Below are positions 38,064-64,000 of a stretch of DNA of 64,000 bases, piece by piece (the stretch's first letter is position 1; every line of letters begins with the position of its first letter). The stretch lies in the NCBI RefSeq assembly GCF_009914755.1, contig NC_060930.1; one strand, 5' to 3'. The position numbers and the translations under genes are program-made. The notes under the pieces were generated by a model. That model searched no databases, was not told where the DNA came from, and was given only the letters and a program-made list of their open reading frames with translations. The DNA is from the human T2T-CHM13v2.0 reference genome, Homo sapiens.

Positions 38064-39740
38064 AGTGTTTAATTGTAGAACTGAGATAAAATCTTACCTA
38101 CGTTGCTATCAAAGGAATTACTGTGAAACATTTGAAGCTTAAGCTTCAGGTCCTTCATTTAGATGTGCCTTTTTTATAGCTTTTTGCAAATTCTGTACGC
38201 TAAGTAATACTTGGCACAGTAAACTTAAGTTTCTTAATGAGCATCCCGAGTGTATAAACTCCAGACCTCATGCAATTTGGATCCCGTACTAATTGGGCGT
38301 GGTAAGTAACCAGACTGGAAGCTCCGTGAGGGCAAGAGTCCCCCAAGCCCAGCATTCAGAACCTGGCTGACAAGTGATAGGAGTTTAATAAACGTTTGTT
38401 GAGGACTGAGTGCTTGAAGATCATGTACATTTAATAAGGATCTGGAAAATAGTCATTATTAAGTGGCATTTTTTTGTATAAGGTGTCAGGCAGAAAGGAA
38501 AAACGCACTCAAAGATGTTTACATGCAGAAATATGCAAATGTGATTGGTTTCGAATCCACCCACAATACCTACGAAGAGTTTTCAACATCATAGGAACAA
38601 ATTGCAGGTTTAGAAGTGTAAACTTGTCCCTTTGCTCTAAAATGAATTTGCTTTTTCCCACTTACTGTCATCTAGTAGAGACCATCTTTGGAAGACAGCT
38701 GTGGCAGTTTGCCCTTGTCTGCAAGAGCTTGCCAAAGGGGACACTGATGCAACATTAATCATATTCCAAGCTCCATACAGTGCAGGTGAAGTCATTAGAA
38801 CAGCAAACACCCTGTCTGTTCCTTAAGAGACAGATGATTTTCATTCGGTGATAACTGGTATTTTTTGTGATAATGATGGGGAAGGTGAGGGCTTCACGAA
38901 AGCCGGTCAGCAATCAGTTGGGAACACAGGAACAGTGGTGTGTGTGTGCGCATGCACTCACATGGTCTTTGTTATAGCTGCCTCTGTAAATGGAGGGAAA
39001 AAAAACAAACAAAACAAAACAAAACAAAAAAACCAGCTGAATCCCCTGGGAATAGCAATTAACTGCAGCTTCAGTGCCTGAGCTAGTAATACAGTGAGCA
39101 CGAAGACATTGCTGGGCTAGAAAGGTTTTGCTGTTCTTTCCTCCTCCGCTCCTCCTACCTTCTCTGGAATCCTTCCTCGAAGGCGCTCACCCTGCTCATT
39201 ATCATAAAGAATGGCTGGAATGTGAGGATGACTGGGACTCACCCTGCCGTTCCATTGTCTGAATCTTAAACACTGCTCTAGTCTAGTCAAAGGAAATGAA
39301 AACAGAGGGACAACCCAGCTTATAAACACTGGGTACAAGATGTCAGTGCCATCGCTGCTCCCTGGAACACTGCTGTTTGTCACACAGAGCCCCATCTGTT
39401 TAAAGCAGAGGAATGCTCTTTGCTTGAAGAGGAAAGGATGAATTGATAGCAATATTCCCTAGCTTTTTCATTAGAGGGTTTGAAAAATAGTCTTTCCGAA
39501 GAATGACACCTTTATTTATAATCCAATTGAGCTATGAATTTAAGAACATTACTGGGCTGAGGTTTTCATCTGCTTTGATCAAGCCTAAGGTATGGCAGGC
39601 CTCCAAACCTTTCCTTTGAGAATTCTGCTGTTAATGAATTTCGTAAATCTGACAAGTTTTTGCTGCCCCCTCAAAAAAGTATTTGGCTTAATTTTATGGT
39701 GAGCAGAATTCAAAAGGCAAAAGGAAGGAAAATAACAGCT

Positions 39741-39981
39741 TTATTTTTTGAGACAGGGTCTCGTGCTGTTACCCAGTCTGAAGTGCAGTGGCGCAGTCTC
39801 AGTTCACTGAAGCCTCCACCTTCTGGGCTCAAGCGATCCTCTTCCCTCAGAATAGCTGGGACTACAGGTGCACCCCATCAAGCCTGGCTAATTTTTGTGT
39901 TTTCAGTAGAGATGGTTTCACCACGTAGCCAGGCTGGTTTTGAACTCCTGACTTCAAGTGATCCGCCCTCCTCGGCCTCCT
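39741..39981 (-). mobile_element. Alu
   Basis: Alu sequence. Confidence 0.85.
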
Positions 39982-40665
39982 AAGGATTGAGGAAAAATAA
40001 TTCAAGTATGGTTTGCAAATTCCTTTATACAATATGCTGATTTGCTGGCACCAGCTGAATAGCTGCAACATTTTGGGTACCACTCAGGAGTGGTCATAGA
40101 AGAGAGTGGGGAAGGGAACAAACAAAATAACCCAGAGAAAATAAAACTATACTTGAATTATTTTTCCCCAGTCCATTACCTATTAGGAACGCTGGAGGCC
40201 ATAGGTATCGGTTGAGGAAAGGCAGCCATGCAGCAGGAGTAGGTGGTGTGGAAGTCATGCAAATTATAGCTGCTTTTATGACCGCTCAAGGCCAGTCTTG
40301 ACTACATCATTTTCACTTGATGGCAGGTAGAGCGGTGAAGGGCTGATTGGAAGTGGTGGGGTGTGTGTGTGTGCTGCTTTTCAACCTGTGGCCCTCAGAA
40401 CAGGGTGATCATGTGCCAAGGGTTTTCACACCAGAATGACACACAAATGTCAGCTTGTAGAAATTTTATTTTCTGGGATTATTTTCTATAGAGAAGATCT
40501 CTCCAATTTTCTTCCTAAAGAATAGGAGCCTGACTGCCAACTTTCTGGCAGAAAGACAAGGAAAGAGATTTATGCAGGGTCTCACGATGCTGCGTGTAGA
40601 TATTCACTTAACAGTATCTCCCTTGGAATGTACCAATGTTCTTACCTAGAGAAGTTCTGGTCAGA

Positions 40666-40957
<292 letters not shown>

Positions 40958-41261
40958 AGATTTCTTTAGAGAATAAATTTCTGGGGACAGTGAGGAGAAG
41001 ACGACTTGCCTACCTTCCAGGGGTGAGCAAGGGGACCCGGGGAGGGTCTCATTGCCTTTTAAATAGATTTTCAATGATTATGCCAATTTTGAGCCCTTTT
41101 ACAGCCCTGCCTTCAGCAATACCTTGCTTCTTTACACCCTGAGATTGTCTGTGGTTCTCAGCACTCATTTTTGGCAGGCATACAGATATGTTGACACCTC
41201 TCATCCACTGTTGTCTCTTCTGAGGATTTGCCGCCTCTTTTCGGTTACTTCCATCAGTGGT

Positions 41262-41866
41262 TGTGGAAGTCAGAATTTTAAAAAGACACTCAAGATTCCC
41301 ACCCACTGGTGAACATGCTTTATATAATTCCCTCCACTGGAGTGTGGGTAGGATTCGTGACTATGATGGGATATCACTGCCGTAATTGGGCTACAGAATA
41401 CTTGACTTTCAGTTAATCGAAAGGGAGATTGTTCTGGGTGAGCCTGCCCTAATTAGCTGGACCTTTTACAAGATGGTGAAGCATCACAGAGACCTTCCAA
41501 CGGGCCTGGCCTGGAAGAAAGAAACAGCCGTGTTGTGAACTGCTATGGAAGGGGCTCATGGTTAACATGAGAGTGGTTCTTGGAACTGAGAGTGGTCCCT
41601 GGCTAGTAGCCAGTAAGAAAGTGGGGACTTCATCTCTATAACTCCAGGGAACTGAATTCTGCTCACAACCTGAATGACCATGGCAAGAGGACCATGAGCT
41701 TCAGATGAAATCACAGCCCCAGCCACACCATATTTCAGCCTAGTGACACCCTGAGTAGAGGACTCAACCTGTACCTACACTCCTGACACAAACTGAGATC
41801 AATTAGTCTTCATTTAAGTCATTAAATCACTGATAATTTGTTAGGCAGCAATAGACAGCAGATACA
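41262..41866 (+). mobile_element. MLT1E/F-like MaLR LTR
   Basis: gagtgtgggtaggattcgtgactatgatgggatatcac ... ggcagcaatagacagcagataca. Confidence 0.8.
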
Positions 41867-41910
41867 GTGAGGTTTCAAAGGTAGAGGAAATAGATTATAT
41901 GGTACATATG

Positions 41911-42198
41911 TTTTTTTTTTTTTTTTTTGAGACTGAGTCACACTGTTGCCCTGGCTGGTGTGCAATGATGCGATCTCAGCTTAGTGCAACCTCTGCCTCC
42001 TGGGTTCAAGCTATTCTTCTGCCTCTGTAGCTGGGATTACAGGTGCCTGCCACCACGCCCGGCTAATTTTTTGTATCATTAGTGGAGATGGGGTTTCAGT
42101 ATGTTGGCCACGCTGGTCTCGAACTCCTGACCTTGTGATCCGCCCACCTCAGCCTCCCAAAGTGTTGGGGTTACAGGCGTGAGCCACTGCACCTGGCA
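41911..42198 (-). mobile_element. Alu (AluS)
   Basis: Full Alu; TSD tacatatgttttt. Confidence 0.9.
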
Positions 42199-42349
42199 GA
42201 TACATATGTTTTTATTCGCTAGCATCCTTTCTTGAAAGCCATTCTACTCTGTAGTGCCAGTGGGGACATCAATAGTGGTGTCCCCTCCTGTCTGACTATA
42301 AATGTGGATGGATGCCCACCAGCCACACTGATTGTCTCAGGAATGGACA

Positions 42350-43053
<704 letters not shown>

Positions 43054-43339
43054 ACATCTGAGTTCATTTGCACTGCTAAGAGTCTCTCCTGGAGAGAGGA
43101 TTGTTTTGCACTGGAGTAGTTAAAATAGATATGAACCTGAGGTGGCTGTATACCTTATTTTCTGTTGTGTTTCTGATGTCAACCAAAGCATTCTGATAAT
43201 ACGTCCCATTTTATAGATTCAGAAACAATGATCAGAGATAATGAAGGATTTGACCAAGGACTTACAATGAGGCAGGTATTTGGGTTCCTATTGTCTAACC
43301 AAGAGCCAGAAATGTCTGACACAGAAAAACTGAGAAGAA

Positions 43340-43637
43340 GCCTGGGCATGGTGGCTTACGCCTGTAATCCCAGCACTTTGGGAGGCCAAGGCAGGCAGAT
43401 TGCTTGAGCTCAAGTGAGACCAGCCTAGGCAACATGGCAAAACCCGTCTCTACCAAAAAACAAAAAAACAAAAAAAAAAAACAGATGTGCTGGCTTGTGT
43501 CTGTAGTCCCAGCTACCTGGAAGGCTGAGGTGGGAAGATCGTTTGAGCCCAGGAGGTGGAGGTTATAGTGAGCCAACATCGTGCCACTATAGTCCAGCCT
43601 GGGTGACAGAGCAAGACCCTGTTTCAAACAAAAAAAC
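43340..43637 (+). mobile_element. Alu (AluJ-like)
   Basis: Full Alu. Confidence 0.88.
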
Positions 43638-44133
43638 AACTGTGGGAAGACTTGCCTGCCCTGTTCACCATCCTTGCACTTGTCACTTGGCCACAATAGT
43701 GTCACCATCTTGCCTCCATTTCCCCCCTCATCTTCCAATCTGTTATGTTTTGCTCTGCATCTGCGTAGGCCACAGAGCGAGGCAGAAGCCAACTCTAATA
43801 TTAGAACAATGCCACTACCACCAACAGCAAATTTTCCTACATTCAGCATGGTTCCTATGCACAGAATTATATAGTAGACCAAGAATGAGTCTTAGAAATC
43901 TTACAAATTTATTTTATAAATGATCAAATTAGTGCCTAGTGTCTCTTACCCCAAGATGGGCAGCTTTTTGTGGAAGTGTTTAGAATAGACCACACATCAC
44001 CCAATTTCCAGTCCTTGTTGGTTTCCAGGGAGAGTTGGAGGGTACTGGTATGAATGGTCATGGTCCAGGATGTCCTGTGACTCTGGTGTGAGGGAGTGGA
44101 AATTTGGCATGACAGATAGGCTGTTGAGGGTAA

Positions 44134-44447
<314 letters not shown>

Positions 44448-44867
44448 GGTCCTTTTCTTAAGTTGACTTTTTTATATTGGTTTTCCCTATATAACTCACA
44501 GTCCAGGGCTGTCTCCCATCTGGGAGACTCTTTAGATAGTTAGGGTAAACAGTTTGGACTGGCTTTGCTTGAGAACTTGGATTCAAGTATCTCTCTTCTT
44601 TCCTCCGTGTACTTTTCCTCAGACATGTCTCTCCTTGTCTCTTCTTGCCACAAGAATACTAAGATTTAGAGGACTGATAATAAAATATGGGCTTGAAGCA
44701 GGGATGATAAATGGGTTTCAACTTGTTTATCACTCCACCTGGTTTTTTTTTTTATAGTTACTTAAAGGCTGTTTTCAGAAGGAACCTTAATATTTTTCCA
44801 GGCTCAGCATGATAAAGCAAGTAATATGATTAATTGGTAATGTATTGTGACATGGCCACTGTTTTAG

Positions 44868-45562
<695 letters not shown>

Positions 45563-46399
45563 GCCACAGAAGTAGGAGTGGCTATGCATGTGCCAGATAT
45601 TGGTCACTTCTGGCCTGTGGGAGAAGGCCAAAGAAATTGCTCCCCTGCTTTTAAGTGTGAGCCTTAGGCCATGGCAGCAAGATAAGACCGTGAAACACAC
45701 AAAGTTCAGTCTAGCTCACTAGAAGACAATACTGAGATCAGGACCAAAAGTCCTTGTTGTCATAAAGTGTCCTTGCACCTGGCCTTGTCTACTGTGCATA
45801 TACCTTCCTTGGCAAACTCACATGGGGTGACAGTAGCTTCATCAGCAACTGGAGAGGATTTAGGAATTTGGGACTCCAAATTCTGGTCATCTTTCTCAAC
45901 ATCCACATTGGAGACATGACTAACATCTATTTAATGCTAGCTCATTACAACTAACAATATAATTCTTGGCTTACCCCACCTTCCCTCTCCCCCATGACTC
46001 CTAGCTCTGAAGGTGTCCATGTTGGAGGGTATCAGGGCCCCAGCTTTCACTGGAGTCTTCACTAACTGTAGAAGCAGCCGAGAACGAATGTGAATCTGAA
46101 TCCTGCATAGGTGGTCATTTGATGTTCAGGGCTTCTCTATAATTCTGTGTATTCCCAATCTCCTCCCAAATCCCTTAAATCTTCTCCCAACCCTTTAACT
46201 GTAAGAAAGCCCAGGTACAGCTTATCTATGGAGCCAGAGTTGGGATCAGAATGTTCTGCTGAGCCAGGACAACAGTTATACTTGTTCTTCCACCAAGGTG
46301 ACACGATACGGTGTTTATGCCAAAACTTCAACTTTCCCAACCTAAATAATGGATGGCCTCAATAGCAGCCTGCCATTTATACTTATTTGCTTGAGATTA

Positions 46400-48580
<2,181 letters not shown>

Positions 48581-48767
48581 ATAAATGAATAAATAATCAT
48601 AACGTAAAAATTGAAAGTCTGAAAACAATTGCTGATAATCCAGTCATCAATTAACACTCCCCCAGTCTTATTTCAGTGTATATTTATGTGGATAAAATAT
48701 TATCACACATATATATTTTATTTTGCTTTTCCCCCTTATAACACTTTCTCATGACATTAAAAACTTC

Positions 48768-51664
<2,897 letters not shown>

Positions 51665-52291
51665 TTACCATGTCCCACACCAAGCCCACGTGGTTCCTGG
51701 GGCATTTGTTTGTGACTCCTGGTTTATACCATTGTCATCCCATCTGTCCTGCTGCTCCTCCCCTGCCACCACCCACAGACGCTGTCCCTGTCCTCACCAC
51801 TCTCCGTGGAGAACACTGGTACGTTCTGTCGTCTCTTAAGAGCTTTTGTAGTTGACTCTGAATCCTAAGGCCTTAGTGAATGTCGAGTACATACCAGGTA
51901 CTCGATAAATCTCAAGTAATATGTGAATGAACAAATAAACGTTTACTTATTTCATGAGCGGACTTTGTGTACAAAGCACTATGTCAAGGCTAAGTACTTT
52001 ATAAGAAATGATTCCTTTGAAATGTGAACATCCTCCAAGATATTTAAAAATTAAACAATAGTCAAATAAAAATGTTATGTGTTAGACAAAACCCACTTTT
52101 GCCTAAGGGCATCTATCTAGTGTTATCATTTCACCCACATTAAATAAAGATAGCCCATGTTTTGGAAATAGTGACAGGTCCTGATGTCTAATAATCAAAC
52201 TTGTAAGTAATATTGTGCAATTAATAACAATCACGTTATATTGCTATAGTATTTTGTAAATTTTGTAGTTCTAATTTTTTTCCACCTTTAA

Positions 52292-52779
<488 letters not shown>

Positions 52780-52854
52780 TGCTGGATATACAGTAGTAAA
52801 GAAAATATAAGATGAGTATATAAGGAAAGTAATAGACTCTTTTCCTTACTTTGT

Positions 52855-52945
52855 GCTCAGTGACACAAATTGGCAGCTTGAAATCAGCCATGGTGGTGGC
52901 AGTATTTACACCATGGAAATTGGCAAATGCTACAAATTAGGCTAT
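52855..52945. mobile_element. MER63-like hAT fragment
   Basis: cttgaaatcagccatggtgg..gtatttacaccatggaaattggcaaatgctacaaat. Confidence 0.6.
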
Positions 52946-53280
52946 TGGCAGGTATATATATGGAAGGTAAGATAAGGAAGGTAATATGTACACACTCCAA
53001 GTTAGAAAGGCAGCTTACTACACTTGAGCTCCGCAGGGTGGGAAAGAGCCAGTCGGACAAAACCTAGGGGAAGAGGCCTTCCCAGCAGAGGAAACCAGTA
53101 CTTGTGATAGCCTTGAGCTGGCAAAGGGACTGGTGCATTCAGGAGCTGATAAAAGACCAGTGTGGCTGCAGCAGACTGACGGGTGAGAGAGGGCGAGTGG
53201 AGTTTGGAGTGTAGAAAGGGTTCTTCACATGGGACCTAACAGGCTAAGATGAGGAGTTTGGGTTCTATTCAAAATGCAGT

Positions 53281-55965
<2,685 letters not shown>

Positions 55966-55976
55966 GATGTCATTTA

Positions 55977-58285
<2,309 letters not shown>

Positions 58286-58722
58286 AGTTTCTCAATCTTT
58301 TTAAACCTTTGCCCTCTTAGATAAAACTGCACTTCAACTTCACACATGCTCCATCCTCACCCAGCTGAGATTCTGACATAGATTTCCAGGGTCATATCAT
58401 CCTCAGTGGTTTGCTGCCAGCCAAGATTCATGAAACTTCACATTTGGCACTTTGTATTACTTTAAAATTTTCCAGTAGAAGTTTGTGTTAGGATATTTAA
58501 CATGGCTTTTTGAATGACACTCCACCTCTGCCTCTCCAGTCCTGCAACAAAGAGAGCACTTCTCTTCCTTTGTCATTTTCCCTGTGGTCTCTTAGGACAC
58601 GCTAGGTCCCCTGCTTCTCTTCTTATATCCTCTCCTCTCCCCAAGGGGAGTTTCTTCTGCATATTCATAGTTTCTGCTCCTTCTTTTCCTTGGCTTGGCC
58701 ATCCTGGACACAAACCTAGTTG

Positions 58723-59238
58723 TGATGGCAGCACACTCCATGGAGCTGGTGAGAGCCCCACCCCTTCTGAGTTGGGACAGGAGCTCCCCGGGTGCTGCTA
58801 TAGCCGCCCAATGCAGCTGCAGACCCAGGCCTCCTGCTCTACAGAGCAGGCAGGAACCCCACTCTCCTGGGTGGGGCTACAGGAACCCAAACTGTAGCTG
58901 TGGATTCATCTGAGCCTCCCTGTGCTCTTGGGGGAGGGCTGGCAGCAGGCAGGATCTGCCTTTCTGGGTGAGGGTGTGGCTGCAGCCACCCTCCTAGATG
59001 CGGGAGCCAGGTGTCTCTGCAGCCTGCACCCTCAGCAGCCCCAGGAAGGACCCCCTCCGCTGCCCTGAGCCACCCACTCCTCTGAGCTGTTCTAACACTA
59101 AATAAAACTCTTCTTCTCCACCCTGCGCTTGTCTGTGTACCTCATTCTTCCTAGATGCAGGGTGAGAACTCGGGCAAAGGTGCTTCGGCCGCAGAGGTTT
59201 CCCACCAGAAAAATTGACACCCCAGAGATCCTGTAACA
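58723..59238 (+). mobile_element. MER52-like ERV1 solo LTR
   Basis: TGatggcag start, aaataaaactc polyA signal, cctcattcttcct, ends cctgtaaCA. Confidence 0.75.
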
Positions 59239-59662
59239 CTTGGACATCAGTGTCTGCATCCTTTTGTTTTCTGTTCTTTCTCCTGCTAAGTGACCCCTTT
59301 TCTTGTTACTTTTCCATTCAAGCTGCTGGCAGAAAGAAGCTGTCTGGCCATGTTCAGGCTAGAAGTCACAGTCAGCTCATACCTGCCTAGGTCAGAGGCT
59401 CCATCCGGTCCCACATCCATAAGAGGCTGGTGGAAAACATGCTGCCTAACCCCACCACTTTGACAAGTGGATGTCAGTGGGCAGGGCCCATGGAGCCTGC
59501 TCAGCAGAGCACTGTTGTTCCTGGAGGCCATGCTGACTGCAGCAGTCAAGGCTTTAGCTGCTTTACCAGTGCTCCCCTCCAGAGCTCCGTGGCAGGGTGA
59601 GTCATGCTGTGGGAATCTCACACTGGAAATGGCCAAAAAGCTTCTATTTGCTTCAGTGTTAG

Positions 59663-60360
<698 letters not shown>

Positions 60361-61420
60361 AAAATGAACATTCTTTAATATTGCTATGACCTTAAATCCT
60401 CATCTGGTATTCCTTACTGTGATAAGGTGGGGGCCAGCTGGGCCACCACATATAGCTGTGTAGGTTGTGACTTGCGCAACTCCAGGCCGTCCCTTTTCAC
60501 ATTAGCATCTATACCCTAGCCTTACTTTTATCCCCCAGGCCATTCCTACTTTTCCAGCCACATGGAAGAGAGAACATAAGCAAAAAAGAAGTCTCATCCT
60601 TCTCCTCGTTCCTCCCATTGAAAGGTCCTTCTCCCTTACATGCACCACGTGGCCCATTGCATGCTCTCTGTGCTGTGAGTGTGTCCTGGGCCTAGAGTAA
60701 AAAACGTTTCGTTTTTGGAAGTGAATTAAGGAAGTGCGCTCGAGTGGCTTCTTGACTTTAGTATCTGGGAAAGTTATCTTCCTAGAGGTGATGAAGGTGC
60801 TAAAAAGCAAAGTGGAAGATATGTGGATAACATACCTGACATGCTTTTAGCCCTGCCAGCCCTGACATAGGAACAATCACATTACCATTAATGTGAGGAC
60901 AAGCAGCCTGAATCAGTGTGGCCCAGGATAGACATGACCTAATTTGGAAGCTAAAATGTTGTTTTACAAAAAGGCCTGAGGCTCTCGTATCCCTCCTCTC
61001 CAGCATCGTCAGTTCCTTTAGAAAAGAGAAAGGCAAAGGTTGATGGGAATGCTAGTGGAAATGGAATCAGGTTAGCCTGGAAAGAATTCTATGCTTCCTT
61101 TGCACTATTTTATGTACAGTATCTGTGTCTGTTTGGTTGACAACAAGGAAGGAAGTTGCTTCTCCCTATTATTCCTTATCAGTTCACATGTCTCTGTTCC
61201 CTGAACATTCCCAGTACTTTCTGCCTCAGCTATAAAGTTCTCTGCTTTGAATTCTGCCATATTCAATGCTTAGCAAAATACAATACAAAATTCTTTGAAT
61301 TCTGCTAATTCAATGCTTAGCGAAAATGTAAAAAACTTTTTTAGTATAAAATCTTAAAAAGTACTCAATACTACTTAAAAAAGAGAGAAAATAGAATAGT
61401 ATAATAATATCATACGTCCA

Positions 61421-61858
61421 GTAGTGGGTTGAAAATGTTATGCCCATGTCCTGATGCTGAAAATTTATGAATGTGACTTTATTTGGAATGAAGGTCTTTG
61501 CAGATATAATTAAAGATCTGACAATGAGATCATCCTGAATTATCTAGTGGGCTCTAAATTCAATGATAAGCATTCTTATAAGAGACAGAAGCAGAGAAGA
61601 CACAGACACAGAAGAGAAGGCCATGTGATCACGAGAAATGGATTGGAGTTATGAGCCCGAGCCCATGGCCAAGAACCCTTGAGGCCACCAGAAGCTGGAA
61701 GAGGCAGGAAGGATTCTCCCTTAGAGCCTTCAGAGGGAGCAAGACCCTGTTTTGATTTCAGACCTCTGGCTTCCAGAACTGTGAGACAATAAGTTTCTGT
61801 TGTTGTAAGCCCCCCAATTTGAGGTAATTTGTTACAGCAGCCTCAGGAAATGAATACA
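61421..61858 (+). mobile_element. MLT1C/D-like MaLR LTR
   Basis: gaatgtgactttatttggaatgaaggtctttgcag ... aaatgaataca. Confidence 0.85.
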
Positions 61859-61907
61859 TCATCACCTAGATTCAAATTCACTATTTTGCCACATTTGCTT
61901 TACTTCT

Positions 61908-62032
61908 GTCTCCCTCCCTCACTCCCTCCTTCCCTCCCTCCCTCCCTTCTTCCCTTCCTTTTTTCCTTCCTTCCTTCCTTCCTTCCTTCCTCCCTCCCTC
62001 CCTCCCTTCCCCCCTCCCTTCCTTCCCTTTCT
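61908..62032. repeat. (CCCT/CCTT)n polypyrimidine repeat
   Basis: Almost pure C/T tract of ~125 bp. Confidence 0.92.
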
Positions 62033-62671
62033 TAATGAAGTGTTTTAAAGCAAATTCCTAGTATTATATAATTTAACTCCTATATACATCTACATATATC
62101 TCAGAATTTACAAGCATTTAAAAATGTAACCCCAATGCCATTATAACAACCAACTAATTAACTAACTAAAAATAAGTATCTGGTATCTAAAATATCTTTT
62201 AATATTTCTCTTTAACACTATCTCTGAATCTTACTAGATTTTCACTCCTCTTTGAATTTTCCTATATTTTTGAGCTATCTTTCTAGAAAGGAACTGCCTA
62301 GGATTAAATGCACCATTACAGGTTTGGGCTTCTATGTGTATGGATGGCAAGTATCTCAATGTTCTTCCTCACTAATGGTGAAAAATTTTTGGAATTCTTT
62401 CTCTAGCTAAAAATAAAGATTTACTTTTTCCTTTACAACATTAGCTTTTGTCTAGGATTGACATTCAGAAGTCCCACTTCAAAGTCATTTGGGAGGTGGG
62501 TGAAAATAAAGTCACAGAACAGAAAAGCAAACTGGATTCTAATATTTTTGCCCCAAATTTATAAGAATTTAGCTGTGAAAAATGAAATACCAAAAAAAGG
62601 TGAAAACCAGGAAGTTATTCTAAGTTGGCTTTTAAGTGATTCTATCACAAGTTTCTCCTTTCTGTGAGAAA

Positions 62672-62975
62672 TTTCTTTTTTTTTTTTTTTGAGACAGAGT
62701 TTTGCTCTGTGGCCCAGGGTGGAGTGCATTGGTGGCATGATCTTGGCTCACTGCAACCTCCACCTCCCAGGTTCAAGGTATTCTTTTGCCTCAGCCTCCC
62801 AAGGAGGTGGGATTACAGGTACCCACCACCACGCCCGGCTAATTTTTGTATTTTTAGTGGAGACAGGGTTTCGCCATGTTGGCCAGGCTGGTCTCCAACT
62901 CCTGACCTCAGGTGATCCACCCGCCTTTGCCTCCCAAAGTCATGGGATTACAGGTGTGTGCCACTGCACCCGACG
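62672..62975 (-). mobile_element. Alu (AluSx-like)
   Basis: Full Alu; TSD gagaaatttct. Confidence 0.9.
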
Positions 62976-64000
62976 GAGAAATTTCTCTTAACATTTTAAA
63001 AGTGCCAAATGTTATGCTCTGAATAATTGTGTTTGACAGTCCTTTCAAAGAGATATATGGTGCCCAATGAACTGTATTTCAGTGCTTTCTGTTATAGAGG
63101 CATATAGCCTTTTGGCACTTTACCTGTGTTCCCCAAATTGCTTTTCTCTTTTAAGGACGTTACTATTGATCATGTCCCTCATCCCTAGTAAAAGGAGTGA
63201 AAGGAAAATCATTGATACATGTTATAAAAAGGGTGTACTGGCATCTCTTTAGGTGACATGGTGTGAGTGGTACAGGTCGAATCCTTTGCCTGAAAATTAC
63301 ACTGCCTGTCTCCTAGGTTATTACCTTAGAAGCTTCTTTGTTCTAAGGCATGCTTTGTCAAAATTTAATACTCTTTAGAAAGAGTGTGCCTTTGCATGTG
63401 CTGAAAAATGTTGGTGTTGTGAACATGAGCGTCGAGGCTTCGGTGGCTGACCATGAGCTGAGAGCTAGATGTGTAAAACTGGGGAATGAATATTTTGGGG
63501 AGACAGACGAGGTAGTGCCATCATGATGGAAGAAAGGCAGCCTGAATAACGAAGAAGTGTGAAGGTACCAAGGATAAAACCCTCCAGCCTCCTTTCCCAT
63601 TGTTCCTCCTTCAAACCCTTGCGTCCCTAGGCTCAGGGCTGACTTGGGCACTGGGACAATTGCTGAATGCTGAGCTTTTCTGTCTGTAAGCAGTGGAACT
63701 ACATCATTTGAAGTGGGCTTAGTCAGATCTTGAGATCTAGCCAAGTGACTCTGCCTCCCTTGTCTCTCTTTATATATCATATATTTCATGAATGGTTCTC
63801 TTTCAACAAGGAAGCTACCTCTCCTTCCTGTAGACTTTGAAGCCCTTGATTTGTGCCCATGAACTTGTTTGTTCATGCTTAAATGAAACCCTTGGCAGAG
63901 TAGACAAGCTTGTTCCCAGTCTCTTTTCCTGGTAATATTTTCTTCTATCATAATCCAGTCAAAGCGAAGGAGGAATGTAACTGATTAGCACACAGTTTAT

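Noticed and set aside
45570-46380. Possible ERVL internal sequence or pseudogene next to the LTR33-like LTR
   Set aside because: No protein similarity recognisable by eye.
63358-63951. 197-aa non-Alu ORF on the minus strand
   Set aside because: Non-ATG start, no recognisable domain or exon structure; likely chance, though not searched.

Overview
Human genomic DNA, as shown by the Yb8- and Ya5-type Alus. The left end holds the 5' end of KIF13A on the minus strand: CpG-island promoter, coding exon 1 (MSDTKVKVAVRVRPMNRR), coding exon 2, and the start of intron 2 running off the window. From memory this is 6p22.3. The other ~60 kb is upstream, Alu-dense intergenic DNA with MaLR/ERVL/ERV1 LTRs, old L1/L2/MIR pieces and DNA transposons; nearly all ORF-track hits are Alu or GC artefacts. 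The standout is three ERV9/LTR12 solo LTRs: one at 26.1-27.9 kb and a nested back-to-back pair at 35.0-37.7 kb. Their enhancer/promoter parts are well preserved and CpG-rich. Just downstream of each TATA-like box the sequence is heavily mutated, with cytosines lost on the sense (non-template) strand. This footprint continues into flanking Alus and into a young AluYb8 that is ~4% diverged, suggesting a promoter-anchored germline hypermutation process that is probably still active. Several local templated duplications and inversions with template-switch scars are also visible. Repeat subfamily names and consensus comparisons are from memory and need RepeatMasker/Dfam confirmation; repeat boundaries are approximate.
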